From the NCBI GenBank assembly GCA_963727445.1, contig CAVSGI010000010.1, forward strand, positions 800,001-864,000: 64,000 nucleotides of DNA, written 5' to 3'. The position numbers were made by a program, and so were the translations under genes. Below the pieces are notes generated by a model. It saw only the letters and a program-made list of their open reading frames with translations, searched no databases and had not been told where the DNA came from. This DNA is from an uncultured delta proteobacterium. GTDB lineage: Bacteria; Myxococcota_A; Polyangia; Polyangiales; B10-G4. The stretch's first letter is position 1; every line of letters starts with the position of its first letter. Shown here piece after piece: positions 9,941-20,138 of the stretch.

Positions 9941-11635
9941 ATGAGAACACTCGCAATCGCCGCCACCCTGGCCATGGCCACGGCGGTCCTCCTCACACCC
10001 ACCGAGGCCGAAGCCTGTGGTGGGTTCTTCTGTGGTCAGCAGCCGGTCGACCAGCAGGCCGAGCGCGTCGTCTTCGCCATGAACGGCGACGGCACCGTGA
10101 CCATGATCTCGCAGATCAGCTACACCGGGGCGTCGGAAGACTTCGCCTGGGTCCTGCCGCTCTCGGCGGTCCCCGCGGTGGAGAGCCTGGAGACGTTTCC
10201 GCAGCTCGCCCTCACCGGGCTCGACGCGCAGACGGGCCCGCAGTTCGTGATGCCCACGGATTGCCCCGGGCTCTTCCTCGAGGATGCAGCCACGGGCGGC
10301 ACCGGCGGAGGCCCGTCCCGCTCCGGTGGTGGCGTCGAGGTGCACATCCGGGCCGAGGTCGGCCCCTACGACGTCGCGGTGATCGAGTCCACGGACCCGA
10401 TGGCGCTCTACGAATGGCTGCGCACCGAAGGCTATCGGGTCAGCTCGGCGATGGAGCCCTACATCCGCGTCTACACCGAGGAGGGGATGAAGTTCCTCGC
10501 CCTCAAGCTCCAGGACGACGCCGACACCAGCGACATCACCCCGTTCAAGTTCACCCTCCCGGGCGACGTCCCCTCGGTGCCGCTCCGCCTCACCGCGCTG
10601 GCGGCCGAGCCGGAGATGGGCATCGCCGTCTTCATCCTCGGTGACATGCGTTACGGCCCGGCCGGCACCTGGACCGAGGTGGACATCGACGACAGCGAGA
10701 TCGTCTGGCGCCCATACACCTACCCGATGGAGACCAACTGGGCCGCGCTCGTCGCGCGCGCGGTGGACGCCGTCGAAGGCCGCGGCTTCGTGACCGAGTA
10801 CGCCGGCTCCACCGCCGACTACCTCGATCTGCTGCGCAGCTCGGCGCCGAGCGACCCCGACCAGATCGCGGCCACCGAGGCGCTCCTCGACCTCATGGGC
10901 TCCCATCCCTACATGACGCGCCTCTACACGCGCCTGTCGCCCGGCGAGATGACGAGCGACCCGAGCTTCCGCCGCACGGCCGGCGGCGACGTGGACCGGC
11001 TGCGTCAGCTCGAGCGCTACGTCGACGGCCGCGACCTCTGCTCCATGGACGGCAGCACGGGCTATCCCACCGACAGCACCACCCCGTGCGACTTCGCCAG
11101 CTGCGGCGCGGGCGGCCTGTGCCGCGTGGTGGCGGGCTCCACCGCGACCGATCCCGGCGTCGCCGGCTGCGCGTGCGTGCCGGGCGCCACCGCCCGCACC
11201 ACCTTCGACCCCGCGGGCCGGCCCACCGTGTCCTGCATCGACCAGCGGCTCAGCTTCATGAACCCGGGCGACCGCGAGAGCGGCGACGTGCTGGCAGATC
11301 CCTGCGTCGGCTTCGACTGCGGCGCCGGCTCCTGCGTCTCGATGAACATGACCCCGACCTGCATCTGTGACCGCGGGATGGTCGCCGTCGGCTCCCTCGC
11401 CGAGGACGGCACCCGCCTCACCAACTGCGTCACGCCCACCGAAAGCATCCCGGGCGACTTCTACGAGTGGCGGCTGCCCGACCTGCCGGCGCAGCTCCCG
11501 GGTGGCCGTGAGGTCGTCGTGCCTCCGGCGCGCACCCTCGGCGGCGGCGGCTGCAGCAGCACGGGCTCGCCCGCGCCCGCTGCGCTCGCCTTCTTCGCCC
11601 TCGTCGGTCTCTTCGCCATCCGCCGCCGGAAGTGA
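9941..11635 (+). CDS. DUF2330-domain exported protein with Cys-rich region and MYXO-CTERM-like tail
   Basis: AEACGGFFC, QQAERV, FAWVLP, FLALKL; C-terminal GGGGCS...hydrophobic...RRRK. Confidence 0.85.
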   Translation: MRTLAIAATLAMATAVLLTPTEAEACGGFFCGQQPVDQQAERVVFAMNGDGTVTMISQISYTGASEDFAWVLPLSAVPAVESLETFPQLALTGLDAQTGPQFVMPTDCPGLFLEDAATGGTGGGPSRSGGGVEVHIRAEVGPYDVAVIESTDPMALYEWLRTEGYRVSSAMEPYIRVYTEEGMKFLALKLQDDADTSDITPFKFTLPGDVPSVPLRLTALAAEPEMGIAVFILGDMRYGPAGTWTEVDIDDSEIVWRPYTYPMETNWAALVARAVDAVEGRGFVTEYAGSTADYLDLLRSSAPSDPDQIAATEALLDLMGSHPYMTRLYTRLSPGEMTSDPSFRRTAGGDVDRLRQLERYVDGRDLCSMDGSTGYPTDSTTPCDFASCGAGGLCRVVAGSTATDPGVAGCACVPGATARTTFDPAGRPTVSCIDQRLSFMNPGDRESGDVLADPCVGFDCGAGSCVSMNMTPTCICDRGMVAVGSLAEDGTRLTNCVTPTESIPGDFYEWRLPDLPAQLPGGREVVVPPARTLGGGGCSSTGSPAPAALAFFALVGLFAIRRRK

Positions 11636-12120
11636 ACGCCGCGAAGCACATCCTCGCGCAGGCCCTCGCCGCAGCGCTCCTCCTTCTGGGGGGCTGCGCT
11701 GCGGAGGTGGGCCAGGGCACGCTCGAGCTCGGCAGCGGCGAGTGGCAGTTCGAGGCCATCGACGACGGCACCGAGGTCGACATGATCCACGGCGCGCAGG
11801 GGGGCATCCACGTGTGGGTCTCGATGCGCGCCACGGGTCTCGATCCCGACCGCGTGCACATGGAGCTCGTCACCGAGAAGCTCGACGGCACCCTCGCCCC
11901 CGAGACGAGCGAAGTCGACATCCGTCTCGACACCTCCGACGAGGGCGGCGTGGTGACGGAAGAGATGCTCGGCTGGCCCGCGGTCCTCGCGGCGCCGGGG
12001 TGCGTGGTCGACTCCGAGCTGCTCATCACCGTGACCCTGACCGACGACAAGGGAACGGTCGCCACCGACCAACTCACCGTGCTACCCCGCGGCACCGACA
12101 TGCCCGCTTGCGATCTCTGA
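11632..12120 (+). CDS. Hypothetical lipoprotein
   Basis: LLLGGC lipobox; GAQGGIHVW; GTGA overlap with the upstream gene. Confidence 0.75.
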   Translation: MNAAKHILAQALAAALLLLGGCAAEVGQGTLELGSGEWQFEAIDDGTEVDMIHGAQGGIHVWVSMRATGLDPDRVHMELVTEKLDGTLAPETSEVDIRLDTSDEGGVVTEEMLGWPAVLAAPGCVVDSELLITVTLTDDKGTVATDQLTVLPRGTDMPACDL

Positions 12121-12143
12121 AACCTCGACCCAGGAAATCAGCC

Positions 12144-12602
12144 ATGTCCGGACGCCTCCTGCCCTGCCCCGCCTGTGCGCGCCACGTGCGCATCATCGAG
12201 TCCTTCTGCCCCTTCTGCGGCAACACGCTGCCCCTCGCGTATCAATCCGCGGGGCCCGCGGTCCTGCCGAAGAGACGCCTGGGGCGCGCGGCGCTCGCCG
12301 CCTTCGGCGCGGCTGCGATCATGAGCGGCTGCGGCGGAGACGACACCAGCGCGACCGACTCCTCCATCACCGTGGACTCGTCGGCTGACTCGACCATGGC
12401 GGACTCGAGCACGCCCGACGCGACGGCGGACACGGGGATCGCGCCCGCCTACGGCGCTCCCGTCGACGCCGGGCCCGACGCGATGGCCGACGCCACCGCG
12501 GACACCTCGGTCGCGCCCGCGTACGGCGCGGCCGCCGACGCAGGGCCGCCCGACGCGACGACCGACGGCGCCCCAGCGGCGATGTACGGCGCGCCTCCCT
12601 GA
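12144..12602 (+). CDS. Zinc-ribbon/lipobox protein with three xYGA repeats (possible RiPP or splicease substrate)
   Basis: CPAC..CPFC, then RRLGRAALAAFGAAAIMSGC, then APAYGAP, APAYGAA, AMYGAPP-stop. Confidence 0.75.
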   Translation: MSGRLLPCPACARHVRIIESFCPFCGNTLPLAYQSAGPAVLPKRRLGRAALAAFGAAAIMSGCGGDDTSATDSSITVDSSADSTMADSSTPDATADTGIAPAYGAPVDAGPDAMADATADTSVAPAYGAAADAGPPDATTDGAPAAMYGAPP

Positions 12603-12629
12603 GCTCGCTCTCAAGCGTCGGAGCGAGCT
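12602..12629. terminator. Hairpin between convergent genes
   Basis: agctcgctc / gagcgagct 9-bp inverted repeat; no clear U-tract. Confidence 0.4.
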
Positions 12630-12650
12630 GTTGATTGCCGCTGCCGGTGA

Positions 12651-14583
12651 TCAACCCGCTGCGATCGAGATGCGCTGGACCACCTCGGAGGGTTTCGGCG
12701 CAGCCGAGGGGCGCAGTTCGGGTGGGGCGAGCGCCGCGGGTTGAGGCCGCGCGAGATAGAAGCCCTGGACGCGGTCACAGATCGGCGGGGCCTCGGTGGT
12801 GTGGTCGAGCGCCAGGAGAAAGGCGAGCTGCTCCGCGGTCTCGATTCCCTCGGCCACCACCTCGATTCCCAGGGCGTGGGCCATGGTGATCACCGCAGTG
12901 ACAATCGCCGCATTGCTTCGGTCGTCGACCATGTCTTTGATGAAGGATCTGTCGATCTTGAGGGTGTGGACGTGCAGGCTTCGGAGCCGGTTGAGGCTCG
13001 AGTATCCCGAGCCGAAATCGTCGATGACGATTCGCACCCCCAGCTCGACGAGGCGGTCGAGAACCTGCTTTGCGAGCTCGAAGTTCTCGAACGCCACGCT
13101 CTCCGTCAGCTCGATCTCCACGGTCTCGGCCGCGATGCCCGAGTCTTCGATCGCCGTCCGCACGGTCTCGAAGAAGTCGACGTCCCGGAGCTGTCGCACC
13201 GAGACGTTGACCGCGATTGAAAGATCGGGGCGCCCATTGTTCTGCCAGGCGGCCACCTGTTGGAAAGCGGTCCTCATGACCCAGGTTCCGAGCGGGACGA
13301 TGAGCCCGGAGCGCTCCGCTTCTGGGATGAACTCAGCGGGCGAGATCATGCCGCGCTCGGGATGCATCCAGCGGACGAGCGCCTCCACCCCGCACACCTG
13401 GCGGGTTCGGGGATCCACGAGCGGCTGGTAGTGGAGCGCGAGCTCGCCCTCCGCGATCGCTCGGGCGAGCTCCTCCCGCAGCGCGGCGCGCCGAACCGAG
13501 GAGGTGAGCATGTCGTCGGAGAAGTAGCTGTACCGAGCTCCGCCAGTCGCCTTGGAAGCGTACATCGCCAGATCCGCACACCTGAGGAGCGCCTCCGCGT
13601 CCGACCCATCGTCGGGACATACGGCGATGCCGATGCTGGGCGGGCAGTCGATTCTCGTGTCCGCGCAGACTCAACGGTGCCCCACACTCCTGCATCACTC
13701 GGAGCGCGACGCTCTCGATGTCGTCGATGGACTCCAGGTCGTCGAACACCACGACGAACTCGTCGCCACCCATCCGAGCGACCGTGTCACACCCGCGCAC
13801 TGCGCGGCGCAGTCGCTCGGCCACGATACGAAGGAGCTCGTCGCCGGCGGGGTGGCCGTACGAATCGTTGACGCCTTTGAAGTTGTCGAGATCCAGGAGC
13901 AGGAGCGCGGCGCGACGCCCGTAACGGCGGGAGCGAGCCACGGCGGTCGCGATCCGATCGTTCAACAAGACCCGGTTCGGGAGGTTCGTCAACGCGTCGT
14001 GAGTGGCCAGATGCTCGAGCTCACGGGTGCGGTCACGAACGTTCTGCTCGAGCACCGCCACCTGCCCCTCGATCTGCCGTGCGAGCAGCCACTTGTGGCC
14101 GAGGGAGTGCGCCAGCTGCACTACCTCGATGGAATCGAAGGGCTTCTTGAGCACCAGGAACCGGTCGCAAGAGCCCAGAGTCTGGGTCATTTCGCTCCAC
14201 GAGTGGTCACTGTGGGCGGTGCAGATCACGACCTGGAGGTTTGGATCGACCTCCCACATCCGAGCGACGGTGCTCACGCCGTCGAGCCCGGGCGGCATGC
14301 GAACGTCCACGAAGGCTACCGCGTAGGGGTCCCCAGCGGTCGCCGCACGCGCCACCTTCTCGATGCCCTCCAGGCCCTGGTAGGCGGAGTCGATTCGAAG
14401 CGGGAGCCGATCCTCCCCTGGCGTGCTCCTCGTCTCATCGGCGAAGAGCTCGGCTTCGAGGTCCGCGAGCTCGCTGTGACTGGGGCGCACGCACGAGAGG
14501 ACCTTTTCGAAGTCGTCGTGAATCGCCGGATTGTCGTCGACGATCAGGACGCGGACGGAGGGTCGTGTGTCTCCTGGACTCAT
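12651..14583 (-). CDS. Response regulator REC-GGDEF-EAL, split by a +1 frameshift near 13652
   Basis: VLIVDD..FVDVRMPPG REC; HDALTNLPNR, MGGDEF; VEALVRW, DDFGSGYSS; removing one base restores HEIDCPPSIGIAV. Confidence 0.88.
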
Positions 14584-14679
14584 TGCATCTCCTCGAGTGC
14601 CCTCGGATACGACCGAAACGCCGGCCAACTTGAGGAGTGCTCAAGGTCGAAGCGAATCGACCGTAGTAGGGAAGAGTCA

Positions 14680-16709
14680 ATGACGAAAAGAAGCCTCACT
14701 GCGCGGCTCTGCGCGATGTCCATTCGGCGGCGTTGGATCGGCACGATCGCCGCTCTCACGGCGGTCGGGAGCATCCTGACCATCGTGAGCAACTACGAGA
14801 TCGGAATGTGGGGGGCACAGATAGGGGCCGCGGATTGGCTCGAATCGAGTCACCGCCGAGTCCTTGCCCAGCACAACGCGGATCTCTTTCGACGTTTGGA
14901 GCTCCAAGCCGAGCGGCTACAAGACTCGCGGCGCGTGATCGACGCTCTAGGGAGAGGAGACAAGGCGTCGTTGAGCACCGCCATTGGCAAGCAATGCGAT
15001 GTGTGGTTGCTGCGAATGCCGGGAGGAAGGCTCGTGAGCAGCCTCCCGGAGTGCGAGACCAACGCGCCCGACCTCACCGGTGAGAGCACCCGTCGCTTCG
15101 TGACCTGCGGCGACGCGGCGCTGATGGTGGCGGCGAGCAGCTCTGCGGAAGCCGGATCTCCCAGCTCTTCGTGGGAAGGAAGATCGACGACTCCTTCGTC
15201 GACGCTCTCTCCGCTCTGACCCTGACCGAAGCCGTGGTCGTGGGGCCGCGAGGTCCTATCGCCACCAGCGCAGTCGACACCGCGGGTCATCGCGTGTTTC
15301 CTCGCTTTCCGCCGGAGGTCACCCGCGCGCTCTCGTCGGCCGAGTCGTTCTTCGGCCCGGCCGAGCTCGAGATCCCCAGCTATGCAGGCTATCGCCTGGG
15401 CCAGCGGCCGATCGGCACGGGACAGGACCGATTTCGAAGCTACCTCTTCGTCGGAAACATGGACGGCGACTCCGCGTCCCCCATTCACGTGGTGTCCTTC
15501 GTGCCGCGATTCCAGATTGATCAAGGCGCGCTCTACTCGACCCTCGGGCTGGCCGCGACCTCCCTCGTGGTCTTCGCCTTGCTCCTGTTCATCGGCTGGC
15601 GCCTCGTCGTCCGCTTCACCAAACCCTTGACCGCTCTGACCGCCGCGGCCGGCCGTGTGGGCCGAGGGGAGCTGAGCACGCGGGTGCCGGTCGACGATGC
15701 GGAGGAGCTCCAGGCGCTGGCCGTCGCGTTCAACGAGATGATCGAGCGCCTCGCAACGGCACGCCGCCTCGAGGAACGCCGGGCCCGAGAGCTCAAGGCC
15801 CGCTCCGAGGAGCTCGCCACTGCATACGGCGAGCTGAAGACGGCCCACGAGGACCTGCACGCTGCGCAGACGAAGCTCCTCGAGGCGTCGCGCCTCGCCG
15901 GCATGGCCGAGGTGGCTACCAACGTTCTGCACAACGTCGGCAACGTGCTCAACAGCGTCAACGTCGCAGCTGGCGTGCTCCAAGAGGTTCTCGGGAACTC
16001 GAAGGTCTCTTCCCTCCGCAGAATCGCCGCGCTCGTGCCGGAGGACCCCGAGGAGCGCCGTCGCTTCTTTGCGGAGGACCCGCGCGCCACGAAGGTCGGG
16101 GCGATGGTGAAGCTCGTCGCCTCCGCCATGGACGAGGAGCACGAGCGAATGGAGAGCGAGCTAGCGACGGTGAAGCAGAGCATCGATCACATCAAGGGGA
16201 TCGTGCGAAGCCAGCAAAGGATGGCGGCGTTCCGAGGCATCACGGAGCTGGCGTCGATGAGCGCGGTCCTCGACGCGGCGGTCTCCCTCCACGCCTGGGG
16301 ACGCGACGACGCGCAGATCGACAAGCAGTACTCGGAGGTGGAGCCGCTCCTCGTCGAGCGCCATCGGGTGATGCAGATCCTCATGAATCTCCTCTCCAAC
16401 GCCCGACACGCGGTGGAGTCGCTACCACCAAAGGAGCGGCGCGTGACTCTTCGCCTCTTCGAGGAGGCCGGCGTCGTGGTGGTCGAGGTGTCCGACAACG
16501 GCGTCGGCATCGATCCCGACGCTCTCTCCCGAGTCTTCCAGCACGGCTTCACGACCAAGGCAGATGGTCACGGCTTCGGGCTGCACAGCGCCGCCAACGC
16601 GGCGAGCGAGATGGGAGGGTCGCTGATGGTCGAGAGCGAAGGCCGCGGCAAGGGCGCGACGTTCCGCCTCCAACTGCCACGACGCGACGCGAGCGAGGCA
16701 GCGGCCTGA
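14680..16709 (+). CDS. Membrane sensor histidine kinase (HAMP-HisKA-HATPase), frameshift near 15130-15170
   Basis: N-terminal TM from ATG 14680; second TM and HAMP; H-box VLHNVGN, NLLSNA, DNGVG, GFGL. Confidence 0.85.
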
Positions 16710-16721
16710 GCGCCTCTCTCC

Positions 16722-18215
16722 TCAGGGAAATACGATCCGCTCCTCCACCGTTTCGAGCAGGTTCACGTGCGGTCCGGGGGACGTGCTCTGCCGTCGATAG
16801 CGCATGCACGTGGGCGTGATGTGGCCGGAGAGGTCGCCGCTGCCGAAGGTGCCGTCGGCGGCGACCGGGTAAGTGGTTCCGCGTAGCTCGATCTCGAGGG
16901 TGGTTCCCAGGCTCTGCACGCGACCCGACGCGTAGTCCGAATCGCTGCGCCACTCCGTGCACCCGGTCTCGGGATGGCACTGGCGTGTCTGGTAGAGGTC
17001 GGCGAAACCGGAGAAGAGATGGCTCGAGCCGCCGGCGCCGAGCCAGCCGAGAGCGATGTCGGCGATCGGGTGCGCTTCGTACGGACACTCGTCACTCGCC
17101 AGGTCCGGCGCGGGCGGCGGAGTGCTGCGGAGCGGAGGCGGCTCGGTCCAGGTTCGGGTGAAGCCGTAGACGATTTCGATGGTTCCGTCAGGGGTGGGTT
17201 GGCTCTCGACGAGCGAGGTGATGGCGAAGCACCTGTCGGTGACCTGGACGAGGAAGCGGACGGGCTCGGGATCTGTCGAGAGGCCGGTGGTCGCGAGGGT
17301 GGCTGTGAAGCGACCGTTCGAGACCGGCAGGGCCATCTCGAGGGTGTCGCGGCGGTCGGATAGCTGCCAGAAGTGCAGGTCGCCGCCGTCGAGGTAGAAC
17401 CCGAGGTAGAAATCGCGGTAGCGCTCCCCGACGACGTAGGTCCAGGAGCCGCAGCCCGTGAGCGGGGTGCACTCACGGGTGTACCTCGTGATGCGCGTGG
17501 CGGTGAGGTCCGGACCGGTTCCGTCGCGGTGCGGCGTCCAGATTCCCCATCCAGTCGGGAAGTGGTCGACGATCTCGTCGCGCGTGAGCGGCGTGCCGCT
17601 GCAGGTGAAGGAAAGCTCGGCATCTTCGCTGAGGAGCTCGGCGTCATCCGGGTCCGGGTCGACGCACTCGGTGGTCTCCATCCAGGCGCCTTCGACGCAG
17701 AGCTCGCCGATCCGCCCGCGGTCGAGCAGGCCGCATGCCGTCGAGCCCGAGCGGGTGTCGCCGTCCGCGCACTCGCCCGCCCCGAGGCACGTCGAACGCC
17801 AGCGGCCTCTGTCACAGAGGCGCCCCAGCCTTCCCCGTCCGTCGGCGCCGCAAGGATCACCTGCCGGGTCCTCTTCGACGTCAGCGTCGGTGCACTCGTC
17901 CCGGTCGTCGCACTCGGATGTGCGGAGCCATTCGCCGGCCTCGCACCGCTCGAGGAATGCGCCGCGCCCGTTGAGTCCGCAGGCCGCTTCCGAGCGCCGC
18001 TCCTCGCCGTCTTCGCAGGGCCCGGTGCTCGTCGATGCGTCCTGTGACGACGCGTCCGCCCAGCCGGCGTCGTCGCCCATCGCGTCGGCCGCGACCGCGC
18101 TGTCGGAGCCCGGATTCCCGGCGTCTTCGAACGCCGGGGCTGGACGACTACCGCAGCCAACATCGAGGAGCAGGGGAATTGCAGACAGTATGACGAGTGC
18201 GGAGATCGATCTCAT
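16722..18215 (-). CDS. Cys-rich lipoprotein with CGxxxRG repeats
   Basis: MRSISALVILSAIPLLLDVGC; CGLNGRG, CGADGRG, CGLLDRG; duplicated TRECTPLTGC/TRQCHPETGC. Confidence 0.72.
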   Translation of the reverse strand: MRSISALVILSAIPLLLDVGCGSRPAPAFEDAGNPGSDSAVAADAMGDDAGWADASSQDASTSTGPCEDGEERRSEAACGLNGRGAFLERCEAGEWLRTSECDDRDECTDADVEEDPAGDPCGADGRGRLGRLCDRGRWRSTCLGAGECADGDTRSGSTACGLLDRGRIGELCVEGAWMETTECVDPDPDDAELLSEDAELSFTCSGTPLTRDEIVDHFPTGWGIWTPHRDGTGPDLTATRITRYTRECTPLTGCGSWTYVVGERYRDFYLGFYLDGGDLHFWQLSDRRDTLEMALPVSNGRFTATLATTGLSTDPEPVRFLVQVTDRCFAITSLVESQPTPDGTIEIVYGFTRTWTEPPPLRSTPPPAPDLASDECPYEAHPIADIALGWLGAGGSSHLFSGFADLYQTRQCHPETGCTEWRSDSDYASGRVQSLGTTLEIELRGTTYPVAADGTFGSGDLSGHITPTCMRYRRQSTSPGPHVNLLETVEERIVFP

Positions 18216-18305
18216 ACACGCCCTTACAGAAGCGGCGCGTGGCTCATTAACCGCTGCGCTCTCGGGCGCGGCTCGCACGTCTCCACCGATGCTATCCTCT
18301 CGTGC

Positions 18306-20080
18306 GTGCGCACGCTCGCAGTTCTTGCTGTGTTCTTGCTGTCGTGCTCGCCCGACTCGGCCGAGCTCGTCGTCGAGCTGCGAACGGATCTTCGCGCGGA
18401 CGACGAGTTCGACACGGTGCGTCTGGAGCTGCTGGAGGACTCGACGCCGGCCCCGACCGAGACACCGCTTCGCACGGTCGAGATGCACGCATCGCCCCTC
18501 GACGACTACTTCGAAGGGGTCGTGGTCGGAGAGATCGCTGACCTCACCACCGGAACCTACGCGCTGCGCGCCTACCTCTCGCTCCTGGGCGAAGAGGTGG
18601 CGTCGACCCAGTACGTCGTGCGGGTCGAGGGCCCGACCGGAGTCGTCATCCTGCTCACACGGGATTGCGCCGGCGTGTCATGTCCGACCGCCGGGGATTC
18701 ACCGACCAGCGTGCGATGTCTGGGCGGGACATGCGCGTCCTCCGACTGCACACCGGGAGAGCCGGGCTGCGGTCCGGGAGAATGCGCGTCGGCCGCCGAT
18801 TGCCCTGTCGTCGCTTCCTGCGCGACGGCGGCATGCATCGCGGGCGCTTGCTTCTACCGCGCCGACGACGGTGCATGCGCCAGCGGGGAGCGCTGTCACG
18901 TGGAGGACGGATGCACGCCACGACCGGCGTCGACTCGGGCGTGCCGGACAGCGGCATGCCGATGGACGCGGTCGGCGCAGATGCGGACGGCTCCGACTCG
19001 GGCGATGCCTCTTCGCCACCTGCCCCGCACGCGCCGATGACCGTAGTCGGCGGAACCAGCCAGGGCTTCACCTGCGCAATCTCCGGTGGAGACGCGTACT
19101 GTTGGGGAGCCAACTCCCGCGGTCAGCTCGGCGACGGCGCGGGGCCGGATCGCGCCACCCCGTCCCCCGTCCCGGGTTTGAGCGGCGTCGTGGAGCTCGC
19201 CGCGGGCTACGAGCACGCATGCGCGCTTCTGTCGACGGGCGGCGTTCATTGCTGGGGCGCCAATACCGACGGCGGTCTCGGCGACGGGACCCGCGTCGAT
19301 CGAACCATGCCGGTCACTGTGACCGCGCTTCCGTTCGCGGCTGTCGAGATCAGCGCTGGGCAGGGCTATACGTGCGCGCGCTCCTCAGCCGGCGAGGTGA
19401 GCTGCTGGGGCGTCAACGACGCTGGCCAACTCGGGAACGGCGTGATCGACCCGAGAAGCTTGACCCCGACCTCGGTCGTGGGGCTCTCCGACGCGGTCGA
19501 GATCGCGGCAGCCGGCTTTCACGCATGCGCGCGTCACGGGACCGGAGCCGTGTCGTGCTGGGGCCTCGCCGGACTGCTCGGCGACGGAACCAGCGAGCAC
19601 CGGCCGACGCCGGGACCGGTCGCGGGCCTCGACGACGCTGTGGCGCTCACCGCGGGGCGGTACCACGCCTGTGCGGTACGGCGCGCGGGCACGGTGGTCT
19701 GCTGGGGTGACAGCAGCACGGCGCCCCTCGGCGACGGGACGATGACGGGGGGCGCGACGCCGGTGGCCGTGATGGATCTGGCAGACATCGTGGAGATCGC
19801 CGCCGGCCGAGACCACACCTGCGCGCGGCGCGTCGACTCCACCGTTGCCTGCTGGGGTCGAAACACGGAGGGCGAGGTGGGCGATGGGACCACGATTCCC
19901 CGCCTCGTCCCGACCTCCGTCCCGATGCTCACGGGCGTCACCGACATCGGCCTCGGACGGGCGCATACCTGCGCTTGGCGAAGCTCGGGGCTCTCCTGCT
20001 GGGGTGCGAACGCGCAGGGCGAGCTCGGCAACGGTACGTTCGACGCCTCATCAGTTCCGGTGGACGTGAGCGGGCTCTGA
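18306..20080 (+). CDS. RCC1-repeat lipoprotein, frameshift near 18920
   Basis: LLSC lipobox in ORF 18306; RCC1-type repeats (CWGxNxxGQLGDG, AGxxHxCA) in ORF 18665..20080. Confidence 0.82.
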
Positions 20081-20138
20081 TCGCCGCACATCAGTCCGTA
20101 GTGCCAAAGCCGGGCCGGCAAGCTGGTATGATCGCGTC

